Shown: positions 7,815 to 17,111 of the stretch, piece after piece
Numbering within the stretch: the stretch's first letter is position 1
How the letters are laid out: every line of letters begins with the position of its first letter
Source: a virus
Lineage: Duplodnaviria; Caudoviricetes
DNA: 64,000 bases
Virus record (IMG/VR): IMGVR_UViG_2930461776_000001
Coordinates: 23,883-87,882 of that record
Direction: 5' to 3' (one strand)
The notes under the pieces: model-generated
Seen by the model: the letters and a program-made list of their open reading frames with translations, nothing else
Told to the model about the DNA's origin: nothing
The model's database searches: none
Translations under genes and position numbers: made by a program

Positions 7815-9101
7815 GTGACCGCCACATCCGTCGAGAAGGTCAACGGCCACGCGCCGGGCTTCGACGCCGTCGCGCTCGCCAGGGCGGAGGCGATCCGGAC
7901 CGAGGCCGACGCCAAGGCCGAAGCGCTGCGTATCGAGGCCAAGGGCAAGGCTGACGCCGAGCGCACCCTCGCCGGCGAGCAGGCCGAAGAGCTGCGCCTC
8001 GCGAACGAGCGCAAGCGCATCCGACTGGAGAAGGACCAGGTCGACCACAAGGCCTACGTCGCCAAGAAGGCCGCCGAGACCGCGAAGTCCCAGGCCGAGC
8101 AGGGGAAGACCGAGCAGGCCGCGGCCGATGAGGAGGCGGCGGAGGCGCAGCTGCTGGCCGAGCAGGAGCGGGCCGAGCGCTGGTGGAAGTGGGGCGCTCG
8201 CGGCATCTACGCCGTCGGCCTGATCATCGCCGCCCCGGTGCAGTTCATGCACTTCTGGGACCGCGAGCGGCCCTTCCTCATCGCCGCCCCCGCCCTCCTG
8301 GAAGGCCTCGCCCTCGTCCTCGCCTTCGGCGCTGCATGGGCGGTCGCCCACCGCCGGGACGTCGCCCCCTACCGGGTCGGCATCATGCTCGGCGCCGTCA
8401 TCGCCGCCGGCATCAACCTGTACGGCGGCCTGTACGACGCACGGATCGGCTTCAACGCCGGCCTGATCGGCGCCATCGCCTCCCTCGGCGGGCCGATCGT
8501 CCTCATGGCCTACGAGCACGGCATCGCCCAGAAGGCCGACGGGATCCCGTCTTGGCGAGAGCGCCGAGCGGCCGAGAAGAAGGCCGAGGCGGATGCGGAG
8601 GCTCGTGCCGCTGCCCGCGCGGCCAAGGCCGAGGGGGAGGCGAAGGCCGCATCCGACAAGGCGGCCCGGGAGAAGGCGACCGAGGAGGAGCAGGCTCGCA
8701 AGGACGCCGACCGTGAAGCGGGGCACCCAGACGTGTGGGAGGTCGCCGACGCGATCCGTTCCGCACGCGGCTCGCGGTACGTCACGGACCAGATTTGGGC
8801 CGAGTCGTGGTTCCTCGTGACGGGCTGCAAGACGGTCGGCATCCGTGCCGAAATCGAAGAGCAGTCGCGCGCCGCGCAGGCCCACATGCGGACCGTCACC
8901 GGCGCCCCCGTCTTGGGCTCGTTGTCGCTGATCGAATCCCAAAAGGTCCCCCGCGCCAAGAAGGACCCGAACGCCCCCGACGGACGCCGCAACAACGGCG
9001 GCACGCCGCCCGTCCGTCGGCCCGGAGAGAGCGCCCCCAACCACCCCCTCGCCCGCGCCCAGGCTCGCGTCGAGCAGACCACCGAGAAGGACTCGCAGTG
9101 A
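7815..9101 (+). CDS. Spread (Spd)/DUF2637-like multi-pass membrane protein with coiled coils
   Basis: Ala/Glu/Lys coiled coils flanking about four TM helices; coupled to traB. Confidence 0.7.
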   Translation: MTATSVEKVNGHAPGFDAVALARAEAIRTEADAKAEALRIEAKGKADAERTLAGEQAEELRLANERKRIRLEKDQVDHKAYVAKKAAETAKSQAEQGKTEQAAADEEAAEAQLLAEQERAERWWKWGARGIYAVGLIIAAPVQFMHFWDRERPFLIAAPALLEGLALVLAFGAAWAVAHRRDVAPYRVGIMLGAVIAAGINLYGGLYDARIGFNAGLIGAIASLGGPIVLMAYEHGIAQKADGIPSWRERRAAEKKAEADAEARAAARAAKAEGEAKAASDKAAREKATEEEQARKDADREAGHPDVWEVADAIRSARGSRYVTDQIWAESWFLVTGCKTVGIRAEIEEQSRAAQAHMRTVTGAPVLGSLSLIESQKVPRAKKDPNAPDGRRNNGGTPPVRRPGESAPNHPLARAQARVEQTTEKDSQ

Positions 9102-11182
9102 GCATCGAGACGACCCCCAGCAACGCGCCCGACCCGGAGTGGGACCGGCTCACCGCCACCCTCGTCAAGGAGCCCGAGCCGGCCCGGTTCGAGTTCGAGA
9201 AGCGGCCCCGCCCGGCGTGGATGATGTCCGGCGAGCAGCTCCGCCAGTGGGCCGTGTACGCCGGCGACAACACGGTCGACGCGATCCGCTTCCACGTCAC
9301 CCACAGCCCCTACTACCTCGGCTGGTCCGTGCGCGGCTATCGGCGGCTCTGCTTGCACTGGTGGGCCGCCCGGCACGACGACTACCGGCAGCAGATCGCC
9401 ACCGCCAAGCAGATGCTGCGCGCCTCCAAGGGCAAGCCCGCCGACGAGGCCAAGTACAAGGCAATCGTCGACGTGCGCCGCGCCGAGTACAAGGCGCACA
9501 AGAAGCGCCACTGGATCCGCACCGGGATCTGTGGACTCACCGTCGCCGGTGGCAGCACGGCCGCATTCGTGCTCGGCAGTTGGTGGGTTCAACTGCTCCT
9601 CACTCTCGCCTACATCGTTGTTGGCGCCTGCTTCGGCCGGCCCGCCGAGCCCGCCGTGAAGCCGATCCAGGCACCGACCCGCACCAGCCACCTGGGCGAG
9701 GACACCATGCGCCGTGTCCTCGTCGAGGCCGGTGTCGTCCCTGAGAAGCGCGGCGACGAGATCCGCGGCGTCGGCATCCCCCACACCGAGGGCCCCGGCA
9801 TCGCCTACGCCGTCCACACCCCCTCGGGCATCCCGGCGTCGGTCGCCGTCGCGAAGAAGCAGCAGGTCGCCGCCGCGCTCGGCGTGCACTCCGACTGGCT
9901 CGACTTGTCTGTCGGCAGCGTCGAGACGCTGCTGCTGATCTGGGTCGCCAGCGAGGACCCGTTCGCCACGACTCGGGTTTCCCCGCTCGTCGGGCACAAG
10001 GGTGCTCTTGACCTGTGGAACGACGGGGCCCCGCTCGCGTTCGGCAAGCGCGGCAACACAATCCTGTCCCGGCTGCGCGACGCGATGATGCTCGTTGGCG
10101 GCGCCACCCGCCGAGGAAAGGGCATGTTCATCGCCAACCTGAACCTGGCCGGGGCGAAAGATGTGCGGGTCAACCTTCGACTCTTTGACGGCAAGGCCTC
10201 CGGTGAGCACAACTCGTTCGGTGGGCTGCTGGCTACGTTCGTAAAGAAGAACCCCGAGCGTCTCGCCCTGTTCCTCCGCGCCGTGCTGGAAGACCTGGAC
10301 CGCCGCGCGGACTTCCTGGACGACCGCAACAAATCCAAGCTGAGCGAAGACCTCATTGAGGCGATCGGCGGCATCGAACTCATCGTGATCGACGAGCTCG
10401 CCACCTACAGCGCGAAGCAGACCAGCCCCTACCGCGACGAGATCATCGAGAGCCTGTGCCAGATCGCGGCCGTCGGCGCCTCCCTCGGCGTGCTGCTGGT
10501 GTGCGCCACGCAAGTTCCCGAGGTGGAGGTCGTCCCGGCGCGCCTGCGCCAGAACCTCATCTCGCGCGCGGCGATGAACACCGAGTCGCCGAGCGCTTCC
10601 AACGTCATCCTCGGCGACGGCATGGCGGGCCAGGGGTTCGACTCCTCCCTGATTCCTCTCAATCAGCCGGGCAGGTTCTGGTTCAAGTCCCCCGACCTTG
10701 GCACGATCCCGCTGCGCACGTTCCTCACGGAAGACGACGACAAGCCGCCGATCATTGCCGACGCCTACGAGCTCCGAAAGGCGGCCGGCCGGTTGCCTGG
10801 TCAGTGGAAGGACCCAATCGAGGTCAGGTTGCTGGCCTGGACCGGCGTCTCGTCCGCGGCCGGCGGGGAGCGAGGGAACGGGCGCATCGTCCGCGTCACC
10901 CTCTTGGAGAGGCTGGAGACGATCGCCCGGTCCACCGACCGCGGGGGAGCGACGAACGCCGAGGTGTTCGCCGCGCTGGCCGCGACGAGCAGCGCCAAGT
11001 ACGGGCGGCAGGACGGCGAGACGGACCGCGGCTGGACCACCCGAGTCGGAAAGATCCTCAAGGACGAGATCGAGGCCCTCGGTGTCGATCTGGACGTCAA
11101 GCGGGTCACCGGCCCGGACGGGGAGCGCACTCCCGGCTACCTCCTCACCGACATCATCGCCGCCCGGAATGTCCGCACTTGA
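9098..11182 (+). CDS. traB: FtsK/SpoIIIE-family conjugative DNA translocase (TraB-type)
   Basis: N-terminal TM pair; Walker A GGATRRGKG; LFDGK; Walker B LIVIDELA; CATQ motif; C-terminal wHTH-like domain; GTG start overlapping upstream stop. Confidence 0.88.
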   Translation: MSIETTPSNAPDPEWDRLTATLVKEPEPARFEFEKRPRPAWMMSGEQLRQWAVYAGDNTVDAIRFHVTHSPYYLGWSVRGYRRLCLHWWAARHDDYRQQIATAKQMLRASKGKPADEAKYKAIVDVRRAEYKAHKKRHWIRTGICGLTVAGGSTAAFVLGSWWVQLLLTLAYIVVGACFGRPAEPAVKPIQAPTRTSHLGEDTMRRVLVEAGVVPEKRGDEIRGVGIPHTEGPGIAYAVHTPSGIPASVAVAKKQQVAAALGVHSDWLDLSVGSVETLLLIWVASEDPFATTRVSPLVGHKGALDLWNDGAPLAFGKRGNTILSRLRDAMMLVGGATRRGKGMFIANLNLAGAKDVRVNLRLFDGKASGEHNSFGGLLATFVKKNPERLALFLRAVLEDLDRRADFLDDRNKSKLSEDLIEAIGGIELIVIDELATYSAKQTSPYRDEIIESLCQIAAVGASLGVLLVCATQVPEVEVVPARLRQNLISRAAMNTESPSASNVILGDGMAGQGFDSSLIPLNQPGRFWFKSPDLGTIPLRTFLTEDDDKPPIIADAYELRKAAGRLPGQWKDPIEVRLLAWTGVSSAAGGERGNGRIVRVTLLERLETIARSTDRGGATNAEVFAALAATSSAKYGRQDGETDRGWTTRVGKILKDEIEALGVDLDVKRVTGPDGERTPGYLLTDIIAARNVRT

Positions 11183-11344
11183 GGTCTGACACAGGTCTGC
11201 CACCGCCTGGATAACCGCAGGCCGCAGGTCTGACACAGGTCTGCCAGCAGCAGCCAGCCGGCCACCGCTACGGCAAGACGTGTCAGACCTGCGGCAGACC
11301 TCCCACCTGCAGCTTTACCGCCCACGACAGACCTCAGACAGACC
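11182..11344. repeat. clt-like locus (candidate TraB recognition repeats)
   Basis: 21-bp AGGTCTGACACAGGTCTGCCA x2 (11182, 11226); 16-bp perfect inverted repeat 11221-11236/11280-11295; eight GGTCTG cores, four per strand. Confidence 0.75.
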
Positions 11345-11358
11345 GAAAGGAGGCCCGA

Positions 11359-11997
11359 ATGCTCACCCTGAAGATCCAGCAGATGACGATCAACGACCAC
11401 CCGTACCTGTGCCCCGTGTGCGCCTCCGAGGCCTTCACCCTCGACGCCGCCGGCTTCATCGACGCCCTCCCCGTCCGCGGCAACTGCTGGCAGTCCCACA
11501 GCTGGGAAGAGCCCCTCATCACCCTCGGCCACCTCAAGCTGATCAACGAGGTGCGCACCGGCCGCGAACGCGCCGAAGACGACGACACCTTCGCCATCCA
11601 GATCGGTTGCGCCACCCTCGCCGGGATCCTCCACCCCGACGTCATCCTCGACGACCTCAAGCGCGCCACCCGCGACGTGTACTGGAAGCGGATCATCAAG
11701 CCCGCCATCCGGCGCCGCAAGAACAAGGCGATCCGCACCGTGAAGCGGCCGTTCAAGAAGGCCGCAGGCGCCGTCTCCAGCCGTGTCGACGACACCGTCG
11801 CCGCGGCCAAGGCTGCCGCCATCAACGCCGCCTGGGACTGGCAGACCGGCGGCCACGCACCCGACCCCAACTGCCAGCCCGAACCCGTCAACACGTGCGC
11901 CGCCTGCGTCGGCGGCTACCTCCAGCTCGACACCCACCTGCACCAGACCACCCGCGTCCGCTGCTCCGTATGCCACGGCACCGGCGAAATCGACTAG
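11359..11997 (+). CDS. Zinc-finger protein (N-terminal Zn ribbon, C-terminal DnaJ-like CxxCxGxG)
   Basis: CPVC...CWQSH; CAACVGG...CSVCHGTG; AAAGGAGG RBS. Confidence 0.75.
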   Translation: MLTLKIQQMTINDHPYLCPVCASEAFTLDAAGFIDALPVRGNCWQSHSWEEPLITLGHLKLINEVRTGRERAEDDDTFAIQIGCATLAGILHPDVILDDLKRATRDVYWKRIIKPAIRRRKNKAIRTVKRPFKKAAGAVSSRVDDTVAAAKAAAINAAWDWQTGGHAPDPNCQPEPVNTCAACVGGYLQLDTHLHQTTRVRCSVCHGTGEID

Positions 11998-12005
11998 GAG
12001 AACTC

Positions 12006-12458
12006 ATGCCCGAGCACACCGCGCCGCTGAGTGAGGAGGCCGCCAAGCAGGAAGCCCACCGACTCATCCGCGACGCCTACCGCCCCACCTCCTACCGCGA
12101 CACCAGCCCCGTTCCTCAGCACGGCACCGCCCCGCCCGTACCGCAGCCCGGACGGCCCCCGATGTCGCAGCGGGCCACCGACATTAGCGGCGTCATGCTC
12201 GCTGGCAGCATCGCCTGCGTACCCGTCGGCGGCATGGCGTGCCTCGTCTTGCTCGCCCTCGATCAAGTCGACCGCGTCAGTCTCGCGATCGCCGCCGCCG
12301 CACCCATCGCCCTCGGCCTAGTGATCAGCCTTCTGCTCCACCGCGCCAAGGACGTACTGCCCGAGGAGCACCACCACCACTACAGCGGCAACGTCTACCA
12401 GCAGCAGAACACCACCAACAGCCGGTCCGTGTGGGCCAAGAACATCAACGAGAAGTAG
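12006..12458 (+). CDS. SpdD/DUF6251-like membrane protein
   Basis: Pro-rich linker, two TM helices, EEHHHHYSGNVYQ tail typical of Streptomyces transfer regions. Confidence 0.7.
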   Translation: MPEHTAPLSEEAAKQEAHRLIRDAYRPTSYRDTSPVPQHGTAPPVPQPGRPPMSQRATDISGVMLAGSIACVPVGGMACLVLLALDQVDRVSLAIAAAAPIALGLVISLLLHRAKDVLPEEHHHHYSGNVYQQQNTTNSRSVWAKNINEK

Positions 12459-12469
12459 GAGGAGGCCCG

Positions 12470-12646
12470 ATGGCCCGCTCGCCGTTCGTGTACGGGGTCG
12501 TTGCACCCAACCTGCTGGGCCTGGCCGCCCTCGCCGCCATCGTGCTTCCCGGCGATCCGGGTACTGGGCGGATCCTGCTCGGGTTCGCCGTGTACCTCAT
12601 TGTCGTCGTCGGCGGCAGCGGCGTCGGGAATCGGCTCATCCGCTAG
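12470..12646 (+). CDS. Small two-TM membrane protein
   Basis: AGGAGGAGG RBS; hydrophobic. Confidence 0.6.
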   Translation: MARSPFVYGVVAPNLLGLAALAAIVLPGDPGTGRILLGFAVYLIVVVGGSGVGNRLIR

Positions 12647-12758
12647 CCGCGGCTTCCTCTCCTGCTCCCGATCTCGAATCGGTGACCGTTAAACCGTCCC
12701 GCATACATCAACATCATCCGCCGATAACCTACCGATCCATCACATCCCTGGGGGGACC

Positions 12759-13286
12759 ATGACGAACGACCAACCCGAAGAGCCGACTTCGACCCTGCCT
12801 GACGTGCCGCCGCCACCGGCCGAACCGCCAGCCGTACCCGGTCCCGAGACGCCGGAGAAGAGACTCAGCCCCCTCGCCGCCGGCCTGGTCGGCCTCGCCG
12901 TTGGTGCCGGCATCATGGGCGGCATCTGGGCCATCACCGCCACCAGCGGCCCCGACGCCCCCGCCACCTTCACCCTCGAGGGAGCCTTCGCCCTCACCGA
13001 AGAGGTCGACCCCTCCGGCGATGACTGCGCGGCCAGCTACGACTCCGGCTACGACGACATCTCCGAAGGCGCCTCCGTCACCGTGTACGGGGCGAAAGGC
13101 GACGTCATCGCAACCGGCGAACTCGGCGACTCCAAGTACGAGTCCTACACCTGCATCTTCGACATCGCCGTACCCGACGTCCCCAAGGGCGAGAAGTTCT
13201 ACAAGGTCGAAGTCTCCCACCGCGGCACTGTGCAGGTGTCCGCGAAGGAAGCCGAGAACGGCGACCTGTTCGCCAGCCTCGGCTGA
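12759..13286 (+). CDS. Membrane-anchored extracytoplasmic protein (moron)
   Basis: Pro-rich N-terminus, one TM, two-Cys beta domain (GYDDISEGASVTV). Confidence 0.8.
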   Translation: MTNDQPEEPTSTLPDVPPPPAEPPAVPGPETPEKRLSPLAAGLVGLAVGAGIMGGIWAITATSGPDAPATFTLEGAFALTEEVDPSGDDCAASYDSGYDDISEGASVTVYGAKGDVIATGELGDSKYESYTCIFDIAVPDVPKGEKFYKVEVSHRGTVQVSAKEAENGDLFASLG

Positions 13287-13470
13287 GAGGATGAAGCCAT
13301 GACGATCGGAGGGGCAGCGTGAAGAAGCTCCGGCACATCGGACGGGAGACTTGGCGGGTCATCCGCTTCCTTGCTACCGGCCGCACGAACAGCCGACGCG
13401 ACCGGCAGGCACTCGCCAACTACGGGCGCTACCAAGCCAGCGAGCGGGCCGCCGAGAGCAGCGGCGAGCG

Positions 13471-13656
13471 CTAGACCCGACGCTCAGGGCCCCGGTCTCC
13501 GGCCGGGGCCTTCGCCTTGCCCGGCACCGCGCGCGCCATCCACCGGTTGTCCGTGAGCAGCCGCGGCTGCATCGCCGGCACCAAGCCGAGCGCAACCAGC
13601 TGGCGGAGGCCTTCCGCGCATTCCTGCTCGGTGTCTGCCTGAACCGCGAAGCGCAT
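13471..13656 (-). CDS. Small hypothetical protein
   Basis: MRFAVQADTEQECAEGL...RWMARAVP; plausible globular composition. Confidence 0.6.
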   Translation of the reverse strand: MRFAVQADTEQECAEGLRQLVALGLVPAMQPRLLTDNRWMARAVPGKAKAPAGDRGPERRV

Positions 13657-13796
13657 GCCCATAACGGCAGTGTGGCCGCCCGTGAGGGCGCGTGTAGCCC
13701 GTTTAGGTGAAGACGGAAATCTGGGCCCACAGGTGTGCAACCATCCCCATTCTTTACGTGTCCTTCACATACACATCGCACTTCCCAGGGGGACCC

Positions 13797-14459
13797 ATGG
13801 ACCAGAACTACCCGCAGCAGCCCCAACAGCCCAACTGGGGCCAGCAGCCGACCCAGCCCGAATACGGCTACCCGCAGCAGCCCGGGTACCCGCAGCCGCA
13901 GCCGCCGAAGAAGCGCAAGACCGGGAAGATCATCGGCATCACCGCGGGCGTAGTCTTCGGCCTCTTCGTCATCGCCGCCATCGCCGGCGGAAGCGAGGAC
14001 AACAAGAACGACAGCAGCAGCGACAAGCCGGCCGCCGTCACCTCCGACAAGCACAAAGCCGCCGCCGACGACAAAGATGACGAGCCCAAGGAAGAACCGG
14101 CCGCCGAGAAGACGACCAAGGCCCCGGTCAAGGAAGAGAAGACCGAGAAGCCCAAGCCGAAGGTCGTCACCTTCAAGGTGTGGGGCACCGCCCCCGCCGG
14201 CGCGCTCGGCCCGCTCGACATCAACTACGGCTCCGACAGCGACAGCCGCACCGGCGAGTTCAAGAACGGCAAGTTCGAGGCGACACTGCCGCTGAAGGGC
14301 GACGCCATGTACTACAACGTCATGGCCCAGTTGCAGGGCTCCGGCGACATCAACTGCTCGGTCACCGTGGACGGTGAGACGAAGAGCGCCCACGCGTCGG
14401 GCGACTACCAGATCTGCAACGCCCAACTGAGCTCCGGACTCTTCGGAGGCTGGTCCTGA
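13797..14459 (+). CDS. MmpS-like membrane-anchored protein (moron)
   Basis: QP-rich N-terminus, TM, charged linker, C-terminal DINYG...INCSVTVDG...IC domain. Confidence 0.78.
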   Translation: MDQNYPQQPQQPNWGQQPTQPEYGYPQQPGYPQPQPPKKRKTGKIIGITAGVVFGLFVIAAIAGGSEDNKNDSSSDKPAAVTSDKHKAAADDKDDEPKEEPAAEKTTKAPVKEEKTEKPKPKVVTFKVWGTAPAGALGPLDINYGSDSDSRTGEFKNGKFEATLPLKGDAMYYNVMAQLQGSGDINCSVTVDGETKSAHASGDYQICNAQLSSGLFGGWS

Positions 14460-14929
14460 TGCCGGCGCCCAGCGTTACCCTCTACGACTATTGGCAAGCG
14501 TCAGAAGTGCCTGCGCCTGTCCTTGAGCGGTTCTGGTCGAAGGTCGCCGAGCAGGAGAACGGCTGCCTCACGTGGCAAGCGCAGCTGTCCGTCGGCGGGT
14601 ACGGCGTCTTTTGCGTGCGGAAGCCGAAGAAGATGTACGCCCACCGCTTCGCCTATGAGCTGCTCGTCGGCCCAATCCCGGACGGCCTGGAGTTGGACCA
14701 CCTGTGCCGGAACCGCTCCTGCCTGAACGTCTGCCACCTGGAGCCGGTGACCCACGCGGAGAACAGGGGGCGAACCCCTCCGAAGCGACACTGCCCCAAC
14801 GGGCACGAATACACGCAGGAGAACATCCGCACATGGGTCAAGCGGGACGGCGTCGTCAGTCGGGCGTGTCGCGAGTGTCAGCACCAGCGAGCTCGCGCCT
14901 GGCGGCAGAGGAAGCGTGCCGTCGGCTGA
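14459..14929 (+). CDS. HNH endonuclease
   Basis: RFWSKV...CLTW...AHRFAYEL...LDHLCRNRSCLNVCHLEPVTHAEN; HCPNGH...CREC. Confidence 0.92.
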   Translation: MPAPSVTLYDYWQASEVPAPVLERFWSKVAEQENGCLTWQAQLSVGGYGVFCVRKPKKMYAHRFAYELLVGPIPDGLELDHLCRNRSCLNVCHLEPVTHAENRGRTPPKRHCPNGHEYTQENIRTWVKRDGVVSRACRECQHQRARAWRQRKRAVG

Positions 14930-14974
14930 AGTCTGGTCCGTTCGGCGACTGGAGCTGACACACCCCCGCAGTCT

Positions 14975-15005
14975 GGCCCGGCTCGCGCCCGTGCGCGGCC
15001 GGGCC
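14975..15005. terminator. Hairpin terminator
   Basis: GGCCCGGC-TCGCGC / GCGCG-GCCGGGCC stem. Confidence 0.6.
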
Positions 15006-15009
15006 TTCG

Positions 15010-15255
15010 TCATGTCGTGGGCGGCTTGCGCCAGACGTCCAACCCGCGACCGTTGTAATTCGCTGAGGTCTCCATCGTGGGCCCGTTCCCGCCCGGCGAT
15101 AGGAACGCTCGAACCTCGCCGGGGCCAAGCGGTGGAGGGGTGGGCATCGTCCCGCCGGAACGGCGGAGCAGGTGGCGTGTCACGCACACGGAGATGATCA
15201 CGCCGAGTGCTGACCCGCCGCCAAGGCCAAGGAGCGCGGCAATCCCAGGACTCAT
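15010..15255 (-). CDS. Small single-TM protein
   Basis: MSPGIAALLGLGGGSALGVIISVCV; GGGAG upstream. Confidence 0.45.
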   Translation of the reverse strand: MSPGIAALLGLGGGSALGVIISVCVTRHLLRRSGGTMPTPPPLGPGEVRAFLSPGGNGPTMETSANYNGRGLDVWRKPPTT

Positions 15256-15366
15256 GCTGCCAGTCTCCCAGAAGCCGCCGACTGTGCCATTGGCCCTGTG
15301 TGTCAACCTCTCATGCCACCATTGGAACAAGAGTCGCCTTGCTTCCCGCACCACGAGGAGCCTGCC

Positions 15367-16092
15367 GTGCACGACTACTCCGATGACCTTCAGGGCTATG
15401 AGTGGCCCGCCTGTGTGACGCCCCGCTGCAATCGGCAGTTGTGGGTGGCCGAAGCGGGCCGGTGGGCGTGCCGCCCCTGTGAGGACAAGACGGCCGCCCG
15501 TATCACCGAACTCCCCGGCCTCTTCGCCCAGCTCAACACGACGGCGATGCTCATGAAGGGCGCGTCCCGTATCAGCGGACCGTCCGGCAGCAAGACCCCG
15601 CCGATCCCGCCCCGCCTGGACGTCCTCAACCTCGTCGGCCCCGGCGGTATAGCCGCCAAGCTGTCGGCGATCGAGGACTCGTGGCGGAGTGCGCTCGGCT
15701 GGACGATCGCACCCTGGCGCGGCAGCCCGGCTCAGGCGATCCCGGATCACGTCCGCTTCCTGCGCGACAACCTGCTGTGGGCGTGCTCCAGTTACGAGTC
15801 TGTCGGTCAGGACATCGACGACTTGCGCAAGCTGCACGGCGAATGCGCGGCGTTGGCGGCGGGGGAGAAGCGGCCCGGCCGCGTCCAGATCGGCGCCTGC
15901 CCCACCCCGGTCGACGACGGCTGGTGCGGGACGGCGTTGACCGCATCCACCGGATCGCACCGTGTCCACTGCGGCGGATGCGGGGCACGCTGGGATGGGC
16001 TCGGGGAATGGCGGGAACTGCGGGCCGCGCAAGAGGCCGCGACGGCTGAGCAGGCGCGGCAGGCGGCCGAGCAGGGAGAGGCGGCGGCATGA
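15367..16092 (+). CDS. Cys-rich Zn-binding phage protein (possible late-gene regulator)
   Basis: Four Cys pairs (CVTPRC, CRPC, CP..C, CGGC); GAGGAG RBS; function inferred only from position. Confidence 0.7.
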   Translation: MHDYSDDLQGYEWPACVTPRCNRQLWVAEAGRWACRPCEDKTAARITELPGLFAQLNTTAMLMKGASRISGPSGSKTPPIPPRLDVLNLVGPGGIAAKLSAIEDSWRSALGWTIAPWRGSPAQAIPDHVRFLRDNLLWACSSYESVGQDIDDLRKLHGECAALAAGEKRPGRVQIGACPTPVDDGWCGTALTASTGSHRVHCGGCGARWDGLGEWRELRAAQEAATAEQARQAAEQGEAAA

Positions 16093-16310
16093 ACAGCCCC
16101 CTCGCCCTCGGGATGCAGGCGCTGCGCCAGATCGACGGCTACGCCCGCTGGTGCATTCCGCGTGGCCACCTCTGGACCGGCCGCAGCGACGAGCACCCCA
16201 ACTGGCGCGGCGTCTGCGTCACCTGCGGCAAAGTCGCACCCCCGCGCCCCGGATGGCGGCGCTTCATCTTCATGGGCGAGTGTGCCCCGAGCGGAGGGAC
16301 GGCGGCGTGA
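16089..16310 (+). CDS. Small hypothetical protein
   Basis: ATGA coupling; C..GH.W...CVTCG. Confidence 0.6.
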   Translation: MNSPLALGMQALRQIDGYARWCIPRGHLWTGRSDEHPNWRGVCVTCGKVAPPRPGWRRFIFMGECAPSGGTAA

Positions 16311-16543
16311 CCAGCGAACCACTGCCTCACGCTGCCGACAAGATCCCCATCGTCACGGCCAACGACGGTCAGCCATACGCCCCCTGCGACGCCGTCCTTG
16401 CCCTCCTGCGGGCCATCGCCGAATCCTGCCGCAACCTCGCCGACGACCCCGACTGCGACCTCCACAGCGCAGGCGCCGCCATCGACATCGAAGCCGACAC
16501 CCTCGAAGCACGCGCCATCGGCCACACCACGGAGAACCCATGA
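16307..16543 (+). CDS. Small hypothetical protein
   Basis: GTGA coupling; acidic helical. Confidence 0.6.
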   Translation: MTSEPLPHAADKIPIVTANDGQPYAPCDAVLALLRAIAESCRNLADDPDCDLHSAGAAIDIEADTLEARAIGHTTENP

Positions 16544-16683
16544 CGTGGCGAGACGTCCTCCTGTACGGCCCTGGCTGGGCCGCCTTCCTGATGTTGCCAG
16601 TCGGTTGGTGGCTAGACCGCCGATTCCGCCGCCGCTACCTCGAACGTTGGGGCGTCCCCTGTAACCCGAAGGGCTTTCGATGA
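16540..16683 (+). CDS. Small single-TM protein
   Basis: ATGA coupling on both sides. Confidence 0.55.
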   Translation: MTWRDVLLYGPGWAAFLMLPVGWWLDRRFRRRYLERWGVPCNPKGFR

Positions 16684-17111
16684 GCGAGATCGCCGACTTC
16701 CTGCGGGCCCGGTACGCCGAACGGCGGGCGCTTGCCGAAGCGGCCGCCGAGGACTCCACGGCGAACTGGAGTGCCGGCGACGAGCACTTGGGTTCCAGCG
16801 TCAACGAGACCGCTTCGGGCGCGACAGTGGTCGTCGGACCATGGGATCACCTTGACTGGGACGTCCGCCGTCACATCGCCGCCAACGATCCGGCAGGCAT
16901 CATCGCCAACCTCGACGTCAACCTTGCCGTGGTTGACCTGCACGACAGTGCCGGTTCGCACCGATGTCCCACCTACGACCAGTACCCCGGAACTGAGCGG
17001 TACGTCGACCCTGACCCGCGTATACGCGTCCAGCCGTGCAGCACTCTCCGAGTTCTCGCCCAGCCGTTCGCCGGCCACCCTGATCACAAGGGCGAGGAGT
17101 GGGCGCCATGA
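16680..17111 (+). CDS. DUF6221-like protein
   Basis: IADFLRARYAE...HIAANDPA...PCSTLRVLAQPFAGHPDH..EW. Confidence 0.8.
   Translation: MSEIADFLRARYAERRALAEAAAEDSTANWSAGDEHLGSSVNETASGATVVVGPWDHLDWDVRRHIAANDPAGIIANLDVNLAVVDLHDSAGSHRCPTYDQYPGTERYVDPDPRIRVQPCSTLRVLAQPFAGHPDHKGEEWAP

Noticed and set aside
8510-11236. Long antisense and alternative-frame ORFs (908 aa here; also 35549-37336, 24885-26780, 46181-48010 and others)
   Set aside because: Shadow ORFs typical of high-GC DNA, overlapping well-supported genes and lacking motifs
11182-11344. Repeats as a mini-CRISPR or transposon end
   Set aside because: Only short mixed-orientation units, no spacers and no transposase; position after traB fits clt better
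4266-12646. Complete autonomous AICE
   Set aside because: No RepSA/RepAM-type initiator, integrase or excisionase recognised within or at the edges of the module
17017-17028. CGCGTATACGCG palindrome as a second lox-like site
   Set aside because: No spacer or 13-bp arms, and it lies inside a coding region; no second lox-like site was found by eye in the window
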